Part shown: positions 39,716 through 50,268 of the stretch, piece by piece
Position numbering within the stretch: position 1 is the stretch's first letter
How the letters are laid out: every line of letters begins with the position of its first letter
Source: an uncultured Candidatus Saccharibacteria bacterium
Lineage (GTDB): Bacteria > Patescibacteriota > UBA1384 > XYA2-FULL-43-10 > 1-14-0-10-43-13
Length of the DNA: 64,000 bases
Direction of reading: 5' to 3'
NCBI GenBank assembly: GCA_964628585.1
Contig: CAZVMH010000005.1
Coordinates: 2,491-66,490, forward strand
Position numbers and translations under genes: made by a program
Notes under the pieces: generated by a model
Database searches by the model: none
What the model was told of the DNA's origin: nothing
What the model saw: the letters and a program-made list of their open reading frames with translations, nothing else

Positions 39716-41872
39716 ATGAAGATTGAATGGGGAAACTATAAGTTAACAAAGTTATCAAAGTGGTTGCTCCTAGCTCTTCTTGTTGTCATTATTGCCTCAG
39801 CTGCATACTGCTATTTCTTTATATATAAGAAGACAAGTACTCCTGGTCCTCAAAATTCCGACAAAAAATATAGTTTGTCTCTATATACATACATTCAAAA
39901 TGATAAAGCTCATATTTCAGCATACGACCCAATCACTAGTAAACACTATGATATTCTAACCATTGATTGGAAAGATAAAGATGGTTATTACGGTTTTAAT
40001 GCCTCTTACTCTTCCGCTCGAGACCAAATTGTTTTTAATACAATGAGCGGACTTTCTGTTTATGATTTAAAAACAAAAGAGCAGAAAGAGTTAGTTAAGA
40101 ACTATAAAGGAGCGAAAGATATCGACGTATCCAACTATCGTTCACCTGTTTGGTCTAACAATAGTAAAAAGATAGTTTATTTTAAAGCTGGCTATGAAGG
40201 TGGAAATTATGGCATGATGGATCCCGACGGAAGTAATGCTAAAGATATCGAAGGCGAAGGTGGCTATAATTTCATTTGGAAACCAGACTCGACTGAATAT
40301 GCAATTGGAAGTTCAGGAGGAATGGCCACTGGACCAGGGATAAATGTCAGTTTGGCTGATCCCATTACTAAAACTAAACAGATCTTATCGACGAAGGAAT
40401 TAAGAGACGTTGATAGCCTGGTTTGGCTAGATAAAATATATTTTTCTGGGACTAAGCAAAATGTGAACGCTGGTGACAACAATTTATATCAGATTCTTTC
40501 AGTTAATGCCGACGGTACAGATGTTAAAGTCATCGATAAGGATGAATACAATAATCAAAATTTAATTTCTGACGGCGACGAAACATTGTATTACACGAAG
40601 TATTTGGCTAAATCAGTTGATAATCAGAGAAAATCCGCCGGGGTTCATATGATTAAAAAAGATGGCACAGGAAAAGAACCTGTCTATCAAGACGGCGATA
40701 AACAAATTTTTGTTCAGGCTGTAGATAGCGATTATCTGGCGATGAAGAGCTCGACAAACGACTGGTCAAATGAAGCAATTAAAACATTGGTATTGTATGA
40801 CAAAACCACCAAAAAGGCCTCCATGGTTGGCGAAGGAACAAGAATCGAATTCTTTGACTGGATAAAAAGCAATAAATTGCCATCAGAATTGGTCGAAGCT
40901 ACAGCTCCCAAGCCAACAGAGGCGGAACTAAAAGCCTATTCTGACAGCATGAAGTCTCATGGTTACTTATCTAGAACTTACTATGATTACTGCTGGGATT
41001 ACGATTGTCAGTCTGCTACTTATCCTTATGCCAAAAAGGCTAAAAGCGAGACACCAGAAATTATTTCTCTTTCTGAAAAACCCCAACTTCTAACAGGCAA
41101 GGTGACTATACCTGTTATATATTTTTATACAGACACCCCGCTTACAGATGAACATATGAACATTCTCAATAATGATGCTACGGCTCTTGATTCATTCGCA
41201 AGAGTTTCAAAATGGATAAACGAACAGGGCAAAGCAGCCGGAAAAACGCTTGAATTTAGTTTCGACCTCAAAGGTCAGAGCGCAATTGATGCAGGCTGTG
41301 TGACATATAGTGGCACGGATAAAACCTTTGATACAAAATGTATAAGTGATACCGTTTCAAAACTTTACCCAGGTCTTGCCAATGCTCCAGTTGTAATAAC
41401 CGTAATGGCCAATATGAACGCTTATGCTGCCTCAACTAACTTTGAAATTTCTACGGGCAAAAATCTGTTTCTAATTGGTTTTTCTTTCGCGTCATCAATC
41501 GAGTATATTAAAACCAGCACTTATTATGCCACTGAGGAACAAAAGGCAGCAGAAATTAAGAAGAGGATGTATGATAGCAACTATATGGGATGGGATTATC
41601 GAATCAAGAATTTGCTCGCACTATTTGGAGCTAAAGATAAAAATGCTACATACAAAACACCTGCTAAATCTGATTCGCCCGGCTGTTTTGTTGGCAACAG
41701 CGATAGCGTTATGTGCGACCGTAATGTCAATTCCAGCAATGTAGTAAAGAAATTTAACGAGAAAGTAATTGATGAAATTACATGGAAGGAGCTTGGCTGG
41801 TACGACGCAGACGGCGATGGAATAATGGAAGTAAATGACAAATGTCCATTTGATAAAACAAATAAGTGTTAA
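39716..41872 (+). CDS. Membrane-anchored TolB-like beta-propeller protein with degenerate zincin-like C-terminal domain
   Basis: N-terminal TM; SPVWSNNSKKIVY and NADGTD repeats; LFGAKDK...SVMC...KELGW; DADGDG...DKCP. Confidence 0.7.
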   Translation: MKIEWGNYKLTKLSKWLLLALLVVIIASAAYCYFFIYKKTSTPGPQNSDKKYSLSLYTYIQNDKAHISAYDPITSKHYDILTIDWKDKDGYYGFNASYSSARDQIVFNTMSGLSVYDLKTKEQKELVKNYKGAKDIDVSNYRSPVWSNNSKKIVYFKAGYEGGNYGMMDPDGSNAKDIEGEGGYNFIWKPDSTEYAIGSSGGMATGPGINVSLADPITKTKQILSTKELRDVDSLVWLDKIYFSGTKQNVNAGDNNLYQILSVNADGTDVKVIDKDEYNNQNLISDGDETLYYTKYLAKSVDNQRKSAGVHMIKKDGTGKEPVYQDGDKQIFVQAVDSDYLAMKSSTNDWSNEAIKTLVLYDKTTKKASMVGEGTRIEFFDWIKSNKLPSELVEATAPKPTEAELKAYSDSMKSHGYLSRTYYDYCWDYDCQSATYPYAKKAKSETPEIISLSEKPQLLTGKVTIPVIYFYTDTPLTDEHMNILNNDATALDSFARVSKWINEQGKAAGKTLEFSFDLKGQSAIDAGCVTYSGTDKTFDTKCISDTVSKLYPGLANAPVVITVMANMNAYAASTNFEISTGKNLFLIGFSFASSIEYIKTSTYYATEEQKAAEIKKRMYDSNYMGWDYRIKNLLALFGAKDKNATYKTPAKSDSPGCFVGNSDSVMCDRNVNSSNVVKKFNEKVIDEITWKELGWYDADGDGIMEVNDKCPFDKTNKC

Positions 41873-41889
41873 TAAATAGGAATTAATAT

Positions 41890-42231
41890 ATGTATCTAAT
41901 TTTAAGATGGATTTTAAATGCTCTAATACTGCTCTTGGTTTCTTATATTGTACCGGGAGTAAAATTCGCGGGGAACTGGGCCCTATTCTGGACTGTGATT
42001 GTATTTGGGTTAGTTAATGCCTTGATCCGACCATTGATATTGCTTTTGACTTTGCCCGTCAATATTTTAACTCTTGGACTTTTTACTCTCATAATAAACG
42101 CGCTGATGTTCTGGCTCACTTCTTCGATCGTTAAAGGATTTGAGGTTCAGGGTTTCTGGTCCGCCTTCTGGGGTGCCCTTGTCTACTGGCTTTTAGTAAT
42201 GTTTGTAAACTATATATCGAGCAAGAAATAG
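41890..42231 (+). CDS. YvlD / phage-holin-4_2 family membrane protein
   Basis: GLVNALIRP...LTLGLF...INA...GFWSAFWGAL. Confidence 0.9.
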   Translation: MYLILRWILNALILLLVSYIVPGVKFAGNWALFWTVIVFGLVNALIRPLILLLTLPVNILTLGLFTLIINALMFWLTSSIVKGFEVQGFWSAFWGALVYWLLVMFVNYISSKK

Positions 42232-42239
42232 GTTCTAAT

Positions 42240-42271
42240 AAAAAAATACCAACTGATAGTTGGTATTTTTT
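42240..42271. terminator. Bidirectional terminator
   Basis: AAAAAATACCAAC-TGATA-GTTGGTATTTTTT. Confidence 0.8.
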
Positions 42272-42346
42272 TGGTGGGCCGCCTGGGACTCGAACCCAGA
42301 ACCAATGGCTTAAAAGGCCACTGCTCTACCATTGAGCTAACAGCCC
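42272..42346 (-). tRNA. tRNA-Lys(UUU)
   Basis: GGGCTGTTAGCTCAATGGTAGAGC...CTTTTAA loop...GTTCGAGTC...CCCACCA. Confidence 0.95.
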
Positions 42347-42416
42347 AAAAAATAATTTACTCTATATTTATATCAAAAAATTGCTCTTTTGGCAAGAATC
42401 GAGATTAGCGTTAATA

Positions 42417-42758
42417 TTACTTTTTTGCTAGTTCAAGTTTGTGAAGTCTATTTTGTAGTAATTTGATTTGTTTTTTAACATCAAGAATATCTTCGGCAAA
42501 GGCATCGCCATCTTCCATTGTTCGTTTTTCGATCTTATCAAGCCTTTCATTTATTTCTGCAATTTCTTTTTTGATATAGAAAATACCTTCTGACATTCGG
42601 TCAACTTTTGCTTCAAGGCCATCGAACCTCTGGTCAACTTGATCAAAACGTTTGTCAATCTGTTCAAATCGTTTGTCAATTTTCCCAAATTTACCATCTT
42701 GATGGCTGAATTGTTTTTGGATCATTTGTGCTAGATCCTCGATTGTCATCTTCGCCAT
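42417..42758 (-). CDS. Coiled-coil protein with heptad (IDKRF) repeats
   Basis: AGGAG RBS; KIDKRFEQIDKRFDQVDQRF. Confidence 0.8.
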   Translation of the reverse strand: MAKMTIEDLAQMIQKQFSHQDGKFGKIDKRFEQIDKRFDQVDQRFDGLEAKVDRMSEGIFYIKKEIAEINERLDKIEKRTMEDGDAFAEDILDVKKQIKLLQNRLHKLELAKK

Positions 42759-42808
42759 TTTTTCTCCTTGTTTTCATTGTAGGAGTTGAAGATATATATT
42801 GTCAAATT

Positions 42809-44605
42809 TTATTCGTTCCTCAAAACTTTTATAAACACATCGGTTGGGAGTTCCACTCGGCCGATTGATTTCATTTTCTTCTTACCTTTTTTCTGCTTGT
42901 CTAGGAGCTTGTTTTTTCGTGTTACGTCGCCACCATAAAGGCCACTCGTAACATCTTTGCGAAAAGGGGAGAGCTTTTCCGAAGCAATTATTTTTGCCCC
43001 AATAGAGGCTTGAATTTTGATTTCGAAGTTTTGGCGGGGAATAAGAGTTTTTAGTTTTTCTACAATTCTTCGTGCTTCGCTCTGTGCCTTGCTAGTGTGG
43101 ACAATGAAGCTTAAGGCATCAACTTTTTCTTCAGCAATCAAAATATCAACTTTTTCTAAGTCAGCAATTTTATAGTCCAGTATTTCATAATTCATTGAAG
43201 CATAACCGGACGAAAGGCTTTTGAGCTGATCATACAAATCGATAATGACTTCAGAAAGGGGAATCTCATATTTAATAATTGCCCGTTGTTCATCTAGAAA
43301 TTCTGTATTTAAATAAACCGCTCTTCGTTTTTGGACCGCATCCATTAGGCCGCCAATATAATCTTTTGGTGTAAAGATCTCAAGCTTGACCCAAGGCTCC
43401 TTAGCTTCGCGATAGTCGCCTTTTGAGGGCATGTCTGAAGGCTTAGCCACTGTATCTCGCGTATTATCGTTTCTTAAAATTTCATACTTTACGGTAGGGC
43501 TAGAAATGACAAGTGAAAGGTTATATTCCCGCTCCAATCTTTCGCGAACGATGTCGAGGTGAAGAAGCCCTAAAAATCCACAACGGAAGCCAAAGCCCAA
43601 GGCGGGGGATTGTTCAGTCTCATAAGTTAGGGAAGCGTCATTTAATTTAAGTTTTTCAATCGCCACTTTCAAATCTGGATAATCTCCCCCATCTACGCAG
43701 TAAATTGAGGCAAAGACCATTGGGGCGACTTTTTTATAGCCGGGCAGGGGAGAGTCGCTTGGATTTTTCTTAAGTGTAACAGTGTCACCAACTCGAGCTT
43801 CGGAAACATCACGAAAACCGGTCACGATGTAGCCAATTTCGCCAGCCGAAAGGGGAGTGTGGGGAACAAATTTTGGTGAGAAATAACCAGTTTCTATTAC
43901 GTCTCCCCCACTTTTACTTTGGATTAAAACAATTTCGGAATTTTTTTCTATCTTGCCATCAAAGACACGGACGTAGGCCACCACTCCGCGATAGGAGTCA
44001 TAGATAGAATCAAAAATAAGGGCACGAGTTAGCCCGTCCGTGTTCTCCGATTTTGTGGTAGAGACCGGTGAAGGAATTTTTTTGACGATGATATCTAGCA
44101 GTTCTTTTACTCCATCGCCTGTCTTGCCAGATACTTCGAGAATATCTTCTCTTTTGCATCCCAAAATTTTGATGATCTCTTCGGCAACTTCGTCAGGCTT
44201 GGCGGCAGGAAGATCGATTTTATTTAGAACTGGGATGATCATGAGGTCATGTTCAATAGCCGCATAAAGGTTGGAGAGAGTTTGTGCTTCTACGCCCTGC
44301 GATGCATCCACAAGTAAAATAGCTCCTTCAACGGCTGCAAGAGATCGAGATACTTCATAAGAAAAATCGACATGGCCGGGAGTGTCAATGAGGTTGAGAA
44401 TTTTGTTATGCCAGAGCATTCGAACCGGTGCCAATTTGATTGTAATGCCTCGTTCGCGCTCCAAATCCATTTGATCGAGAAGTTGCGCCTGCATATTCCT
44501 TTTCTCAACCGTTCCGGTAATTTCAAGCATACGGTCAGCCAGAGTGGACTTACCATGATCAATATGAGCTATAATACAGAAATTTCTGATATTTTCCTGT
44601 TCCAT
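42809..44605 (-). CDS. lepA: Elongation factor 4
   Basis: IAHIDHGKSTLADR, GFRCGFLGLLH, YGGDVTRK. Confidence 0.98.
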   Translation of the reverse strand: MEQENIRNFCIIAHIDHGKSTLADRMLEITGTVEKRNMQAQLLDQMDLERERGITIKLAPVRMLWHNKILNLIDTPGHVDFSYEVSRSLAAVEGAILLVDASQGVEAQTLSNLYAAIEHDLMIIPVLNKIDLPAAKPDEVAEEIIKILGCKREDILEVSGKTGDGVKELLDIIVKKIPSPVSTTKSENTDGLTRALIFDSIYDSYRGVVAYVRVFDGKIEKNSEIVLIQSKSGGDVIETGYFSPKFVPHTPLSAGEIGYIVTGFRDVSEARVGDTVTLKKNPSDSPLPGYKKVAPMVFASIYCVDGGDYPDLKVAIEKLKLNDASLTYETEQSPALGFGFRCGFLGLLHLDIVRERLEREYNLSLVISSPTVKYEILRNDNTRDTVAKPSDMPSKGDYREAKEPWVKLEIFTPKDYIGGLMDAVQKRRAVYLNTEFLDEQRAIIKYEIPLSEVIIDLYDQLKSLSSGYASMNYEILDYKIADLEKVDILIAEEKVDALSFIVHTSKAQSEARRIVEKLKTLIPRQNFEIKIQASIGAKIIASEKLSPFRKDVTSGLYGGDVTRKNKLLDKQKKGKKKMKSIGRVELPTDVFIKVLRNE

Positions 44606-44645
44606 AAGAGTAATTATATCAGAATTGAGCTCAAAAAACTAGCTA

Positions 44646-45476
44646 CTAAAAGCTTCGAAGTAGTTTCAACTGTTCCTCCCAAGAAGTTTCGTCTTGAGGA
44701 GTTTCAAGGATGCCGAATTTATCTTTAAGAAGAGGGTGTTTTAAGATATGCTCAAAAGCTTCTAGACCAATTTTGCCTTGTCCCAAGTCGGCATGGCGAT
44801 CTCTTTTGGAATTGATGTCAGTCTTAGAATCATTCAAGTGAAAACCAACTAATTTAGAAAGACCAATTTTTTGATCAAACGCATCAATAAAATCATCTAT
44901 ACAAGGAATGCAGGAAAAATCGGCCATGCCAGACTCAAAAGCGTGGGCAGTATCGATTAAGACTTTTACCCTGGGCGAGTTCACCGCTTTAATTATTGTT
45001 GCGATCTCATCGAGAGTATCTCCTATGACATTGCCTGCACCGGCAGAATTTTCAATTACAAAATCGACTGTTTCATCTGCGACCGCCAGTATTTCCTTTA
45101 TGGCTTTTTCGATTTTCTCTAATACTTCAGATAAATCGGCACCCTTGGTCGAGCCTAAGTGAACAGCCGTACCAATTGCTCCGATTTCTTTGGCCTTTTG
45201 CATATCATCGATAATAGATTTTTTGGAAGCTTCATAGAAAAACGGATTGTTTGAGGCAAGATTTATCAGGTAGATACTATGGATGATGATTGGACCGATA
45301 TTGTGTTCTTTTTTAAGTTTATTGAAACGGTCAATTTCTTCTTTTGCAATTGGAATAGGATTCCATCTTTGTGGCGGATTAACAAAAATTTGAATCGCTT
45401 CACAACTCAAAGTTGATGCCCGAATAATGGCATCTGAAAATGGCTTTGCGGTTGAAACATGTGCTCCAAATTTCAT
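44646..45476 (-). CDS. nfo: Endonuclease IV
   Basis: GAHVS, HSIYLINLAS, DTAHAF, HLNDSK, DRHA, ILETP. Confidence 0.95.
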   Translation of the reverse strand: MKFGAHVSTAKPFSDAIIRASTLSCEAIQIFVNPPQRWNPIPIAKEEIDRFNKLKKEHNIGPIIIHSIYLINLASNNPFFYEASKKSIIDDMQKAKEIGAIGTAVHLGSTKGADLSEVLEKIEKAIKEILAVADETVDFVIENSAGAGNVIGDTLDEIATIIKAVNSPRVKVLIDTAHAFESGMADFSCIPCIDDFIDAFDQKIGLSKLVGFHLNDSKTDINSKRDRHADLGQGKIGLEAFEHILKHPLLKDKFGILETPQDETSWEEQLKLLRSF

Positions 45477-45817
45477 TATTTCTCCGAAGTAAAGTACTTA
45501 TTATTCATATCAATAAATTCTATTAAATTACCATCCAAATCTTTTACAAAAAACTGATATTCAGTTTTCTCGACCTGAACATCTTTTTTCTTGAGATTGT
45601 TAATATATTCAGGTAGATTATCAACAGCAACGCAAAAATGCTGGAAAGAATCTTTTGTAGGCGAACCAGAGCCGACCGCTAAATGAATATGTATTTCACC
45701 AACTTTAGCCCAACAATGCTTGTCGACAATTATTTTTTCAAAACCAAGTTTGTCAGCATAAAAATCTAATGCCTTATAATTATCCTTCACCAATACGGTT
45801 ATGTGATTAATTTTCAT
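45476..45817 (-). CDS. VOC/glyoxalase family protein
   Basis: HITVLV...FY...LGF; DLDGNLIE. Confidence 0.88.
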   Translation of the reverse strand: MKINHITVLVKDNYKALDFYADKLGFEKIIVDKHCWAKVGEIHIHLAVGSGSPTKDSFQHFCVAVDNLPEYINNLKKKDVQVEKTEYQFFVKDLDGNLIEFIDMNNKYFTSEK

Positions 45818-46221
45818 TTGATTTCTTTCAAATATCTTAACATTGCATCTTTTACTGATTGATATTCCATCTCCATCGTTTCTATTTCCTCTAATCCCAC
45901 AAATTTATATCCCGAATGTTCCTCACTGGGTTTAATATTATCTAGCTCTTTTACGTCGAGCACGCAATATACACAATACTTTACCTGATATGGATCTTCG
46001 ATAATATTTATATCAACTGGTCTTGCATCTATGACATCAAGACCCACTTCCTCTTTTATTTCTCTCTCTAAAGCCTTCTTCCAATCTCTCTCATCGGTAC
46101 TCAAACGACCTCCAGGCAGAGACCATGATTTTGATCTTGCTCTTTGCAATATTAAAATTTGATCCTTCTCATTGAGAATGAGCCCATATTGTCCAATTTT
46201 AGCCAATAAGTGGTCTTGCAT
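45814..46221 (-). CDS. NUDIX hydrolase
   Basis: LPGG...E...ALEREIKEEVGL. Confidence 0.9.
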   Translation of the reverse strand: MQDHLLAKIGQYGLILNEKDQILILQRARSKSWSLPGGRLSTDERDWKKALEREIKEEVGLDVIDARPVDINIIEDPYQVKYCVYCVLDVKELDNIKPSEEHSGYKFVGLEEIETMEMEYQSVKDAMLRYLKEIK

Positions 46222-46879
46222 TTGCCTTTCCGAATTCTACATGTAATGTGTCTAAATCCATAATAGCATAATGTCCAAAGAAAAATGGTGCCAATTTAAC
46301 TATTTTTGTTTCTCCTAAATATCCGACACCCCATCTGTCGTGGACATGACCGCAGATATGGACAAGGGGAGAATCGCTTAACTTTTTTACTGTCGATTTT
46401 TCAGTTTTCTGATCTTTCTCACGATCAAATTTCTCAAGATTTATTGCCACCGGTGGCGGAGCATGAGTGATAAATATTGAATCAGCAACAAACTTTGAAT
46501 CAACTGGGCTTTCCCCGGCATAGTGCCCAGCCCAAGATTCTGGAGAACCACCAACTCCAGTAAATTTACGTCCAAGCATTTCAACAACTCTGCCTTCGAG
46601 TGTTGGATATCTGGCCGAAACCAATTCGTAACTTCGTCCAAAGTCGTTGTTGCCTGGTATCCAAAGAAAGGATAGTCCGATCTTTTCGATCGTTTTTAAA
46701 AAGTCTTCGGCAAATGAAATGGGTTCGCCCTGGTTAACAATATCTCCCGCAAACAAAATAAGACTACACCCTTCATGTATGACAAGTTCATACATTGAAT
46801 AGAGTGCTTTCTTTGAGTCATGTAAATCAGAGAACAGAAATGCTTTATTGTTCTTTATTTTGCTTTGTAGACTGGCCAT
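46199..46879 (-). CDS. Calcineurin-like metallophosphoesterase
   Basis: SDLH, GD, PGNND, THAPP, CGHVH. Confidence 0.9.
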   Translation of the reverse strand: MASLQSKIKNNKAFLFSDLHDSKKALYSMYELVIHEGCSLILFAGDIVNQGEPISFAEDFLKTIEKIGLSFLWIPGNNDFGRSYELVSARYPTLEGRVVEMLGRKFTGVGGSPESWAGHYAGESPVDSKFVADSIFITHAPPPVAINLEKFDREKDQKTEKSTVKKLSDSPLVHICGHVHDRWGVGYLGETKIVKLAPFFFGHYAIMDLDTLHVEFGKANARPLIG

Positions 46880-48437
46880 TTATTTTTCTTGTTAAGGCCC
46901 ATTTCATTTCATCACAACCACACCAATGGCTTAATCCAAAGAATACAATTCCTCCAACTACAAGGGAAACGAGTGTTTGAGTCAAAACTCCATGAAATCT
47001 ATTCATATCGACTCTAGGAGCCACAAAGTGAGCCATAAAGTATAGAACTATGCCCATAACGAGTGAGATGAGAGTAATTTTTAATAATGATCCGAATAAC
47101 CCCTTATTTAGATAACCATTATATTTTTCATTTAAGAAATAATAGAGAATAGCAGCGTTTAGAAAACTACCAATTGAAAAAGAAAGTGCCAAACCAGCTA
47201 CACCCATACTTTGGGCTAGAGGATAAGCTAAGACGATGCTAATCGTGGTAGAAACTATCGAAATATACATTGGGGTCCTTGTATTTTTTAGAGCATAAAA
47301 AGCTCGAGAAAGAAGGGGGATAAGGCCCTGAAACAAAAGCGAAATAGAGAAAAAACCTAAAGTTAAAGCTGTTTTTTTGGTATCTTCCCAATCAAATTTT
47401 CCTGATCCCAAAATTAAACGAATTATTTGTGCTCTAAAACTGATGAATACCACCGTGGAGGGAATTAGAAAAAAGGCAATTGAACGGATTGCTCTATTTA
47501 AATAGAAAGCGAAGCTTTTGTTGTCAGACAAGGCAATCTTTGCAGTTAAAGTTGGGAAAACAGCTGTAGCAAAGGACGTACCAAAAACAACCGAGGGCAT
47601 TGTTTGAATGTTGTTTGATAAATTTAAAGCGGCAATTGAGCCTACTGTCAGAGCAGAAGCAATAGCAGTATAGACAACCAGCATAAGTTGCCCCATGCCC
47701 ATGCCAATTGTGCGAGGAATCATTAAGCGAATTATTTTTTTTATTGGAGCTGAAGTCCAATCAAAAATCAATTTATATGAAAAACCGAGCCGAATTGCAC
47801 TCGGGACTTGAACCATCATATGTAAAAAAGCGCCCACAATTACGGTGTAAATAACAGAAGTTAAACCGTAACGGGGCGCAAAATAGGCCGCTCCAACAAT
47901 AATTGAAGCATTATAAACCAAAGGAGCAAAAGCATAAGCCAAAAATCTTTTGTGAGAGTTTAGAACTCCGCCAATAATGTATGAAATTGCAAAAAATATT
48001 GGAGTGATCATTAAGAGACGGGCATAAAAAATTGACTGCGACATTCGTTCTAAGCTAAACTTTGGGACAACTAGAGGCATCAAAAGGGGCATCAAAAAAT
48101 ACAAAATTACCGCCATCACAATCATGGCAAGAGCGGCTAGATTAATTAATGAGTTGGTAACTCTATAACCACCTTTCTCGTCCTTTTTAGTAATGAATTC
48201 AGAAAATACTGGAATAAAAGCAGCTGTGATTGCCCCAAGAATCAGAAAGTTGAAAACAAGATCGGGTATTCTAAAAGCGGCGTAATAGATGTCCAGATCA
48301 AAAGTAGAAATATTTTTGGTTAGAAAACGATCTCGAAAAAGACCGAGTATGTTGCTCAAAGTCAGGGTAATCATTAAAATAAGGCTAGCGCCTCGAACAG
48401 AGTTTTCTTTACCAAAAAATCCAAAAATTCTTTTCAT
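46845..48437 (-). CDS. murJ: Lipid II flippase MurJ
   Basis: LGLFRD, AFRIPD, AFIPVF, RAFYALKNTRTP. Confidence 0.93.
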   Translation of the reverse strand: MKRIFGFFGKENSVRGASLILMITLTLSNILGLFRDRFLTKNISTFDLDIYYAAFRIPDLVFNFLILGAITAAFIPVFSEFITKKDEKGGYRVTNSLINLAALAMIVMAVILYFLMPLLMPLVVPKFSLERMSQSIFYARLLMITPIFFAISYIIGGVLNSHKRFLAYAFAPLVYNASIIVGAAYFAPRYGLTSVIYTVIVGAFLHMMVQVPSAIRLGFSYKLIFDWTSAPIKKIIRLMIPRTIGMGMGQLMLVVYTAIASALTVGSIAALNLSNNIQTMPSVVFGTSFATAVFPTLTAKIALSDNKSFAFYLNRAIRSIAFFLIPSTVVFISFRAQIIRLILGSGKFDWEDTKKTALTLGFFSISLLFQGLIPLLSRAFYALKNTRTPMYISIVSTTISIVLAYPLAQSMGVAGLALSFSIGSFLNAAILYYFLNEKYNGYLNKGLFGSLLKITLISLVMGIVLYFMAHFVAPRVDMNRFHGVLTQTLVSLVVGGIVFFGLSHWCGCDEMKWALTRKINGQSTKQNKEQ

Positions 48438-50251
48438 TTTTTAGCACTTTTCTTTTCTACTTTTTCACCAAAAAAAGCCAAGAACTCATCTGCATCAAGA
48501 GTTTCTTTCTTTAGAAGAGTATCTGCTATTTTTTTAATTATAACCCTATGACTATCAATTAGTTTTTTGGCCTCAATATGTCCTTCGTCTATCAAGCTAG
48601 AAACTTCGTCATCAATTAGATTGGCAATCTTTTCGCTGTAATTTCTATGTTCAGTATATTCTTTGCCCAAAAATGGCATTTCCTCTTTGTGACCATATGT
48701 TTGTGGTCCAAGTTTATCGCTCATACCATATTCAGTTATCATTTTTCGAGCTAAAACAGTCGCCCTTTTTAAATCGTTTTGAGCACCAGTTGTAATATTT
48801 TCTTTACCAAAAAATTCTTCTTCTGCAACACGACCACCCAATAGCGAGGCAATTTCGTCTTTGAAGCGTGCTTTTGTCTCAAGTCTTCTGTCTTCACCGG
48901 GCATGCTCCATGTATAACCAAGAGCCATGCCTCGAGAAACAATTGAAATTTTATGTACCGGATCACCGTTCTTTGTTAAATGTCCCACAACAGCATGACC
49001 AGCTTCGTGAATTGCCGTAATATTTTTTTCTTCTTCTGACATAACTTTTGATTTTCGTTCTGGGCCCAAAATTACTTTTTCTGTGGCTTGATCAAGATAA
49101 TTTTGAGAGATAGTTTTCTGTCCATGTCGAGCCGAAAGTATTGCTGCCTCGTTTGTTAAATTACGCAAATCTGCGCCAGAAAAACCCGGAGTAGATGAAG
49201 CAATTTTGTCTAATTTGACATTTGATTCAAGGGGTTTGTTTTTCGTATGTACTTTTAAGATATCTGTACGTTCGTTTTTATCAGGAAGATCAATGATAAC
49301 TTGACGGTCAAATCTACCTGGTCTAAGAAGGGCAGGGTCAAGAACATCTGGTCTGTTTGTGGCTGCCAAAATGATTACGTTATCATTGGCTTCAAAACCA
49401 TCCATTTCAACTAGAATTTGATTTAAAGTTTGTTCTCTTTCGTCATGAGACCCACCGAGACCACTACCACGTTGACGACCAATTGCATCCAATTCATCAA
49501 TAAAGATAATCGCGGGGGCATTCCTCTTGGCTTTCATAAACAAATCTCTTACTCTGGAAGCACCAACACCAACGAACATCTCAACAAATTCTGAAGCAGA
49601 AATTGAAAAGAAAGGAACTCCTGCTTCTCCGGCTACTGCCCTGGCAAGCAAAGTCTTACCAGTCCCTGGAGGACCAACCAACAAAACACCTCTTGGAATC
49701 TCAGCGCCAAGATCACGATATTTTTTTGGAGTCTTTAGAAAATCGACTACTTCATATAATTCTTGTTTTGGCTCGACTAGTCCGGCCACATCTTCAAAAG
49801 TTACTTTGGCATTCCCCATAAAAAGTTTGGCTGTAGATTTTCCAAAACCCATTGCTTTTGAATTGGCACCCTGAGCAGATCGCATCATAAAGAAAATAAA
49901 ACCACCGATTAGTAAAATCGGCAAAAATATCGATAATATTGAATAAGCAGTGCTGGACCCAGTTGTATCTTGAACTTTAATATTTACTTTATCAGGAGTA
50001 ATACCGTAATCTTTTAAACCTCCAACTGTTGTTTCTTTAAATGCTTTAATCTGGCTATCATCTTGAAGTGTTGCGGTTACAAGATTGTCTTTAACTAAAA
50101 TCTGTTTGACTTCGCCTTTTTCAACTTTTTGAGCAATTTCTGAGATTTGTACGTCTTTAGCTGCAGGACTTTTTGGTAAAAACGAATAGATTGCAAAGAT
50201 GGCTATAATTATAAAAATTGGCCATAAATATGATTTCGATTGCTTTTTCAT
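48434..50251 (-). CDS. ftsH: ATP-dependent zinc metalloprotease FtsH
   Basis: [20 protein letters not shown]. Confidence 0.98.
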   Translation of the reverse strand: MKKQSKSYLWPIFIIIAIFAIYSFLPKSPAAKDVQISEIAQKVEKGEVKQILVKDNLVTATLQDDSQIKAFKETTVGGLKDYGITPDKVNIKVQDTTGSSTAYSILSIFLPILLIGGFIFFMMRSAQGANSKAMGFGKSTAKLFMGNAKVTFEDVAGLVEPKQELYEVVDFLKTPKKYRDLGAEIPRGVLLVGPPGTGKTLLARAVAGEAGVPFFSISASEFVEMFVGVGASRVRDLFMKAKRNAPAIIFIDELDAIGRQRGSGLGGSHDEREQTLNQILVEMDGFEANDNVIILAATNRPDVLDPALLRPGRFDRQVIIDLPDKNERTDILKVHTKNKPLESNVKLDKIASSTPGFSGADLRNLTNEAAILSARHGQKTISQNYLDQATEKVILGPERKSKVMSEEEKNITAIHEAGHAVVGHLTKNGDPVHKISIVSRGMALGYTWSMPGEDRRLETKARFKDEIASLLGGRVAEEEFFGKENITTGAQNDLKRATVLARKMITEYGMSDKLGPQTYGHKEEMPFLGKEYTEHRNYSEKIANLIDDEVSSLIDEGHIEAKKLIDSHRVIIKKIADTLLKKETLDADEFLAFFGEKVEKKSAKK

Positions 50252-50268
50252 TTTCTCCTTACTATATA

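Noticed and set aside
41890-42758. Prophage remnant (holin-family gene beside tRNA-Lys)
   Set aside because: YvlD-type proteins are common chromosomal genes; no integrase, structural genes or att duplication here
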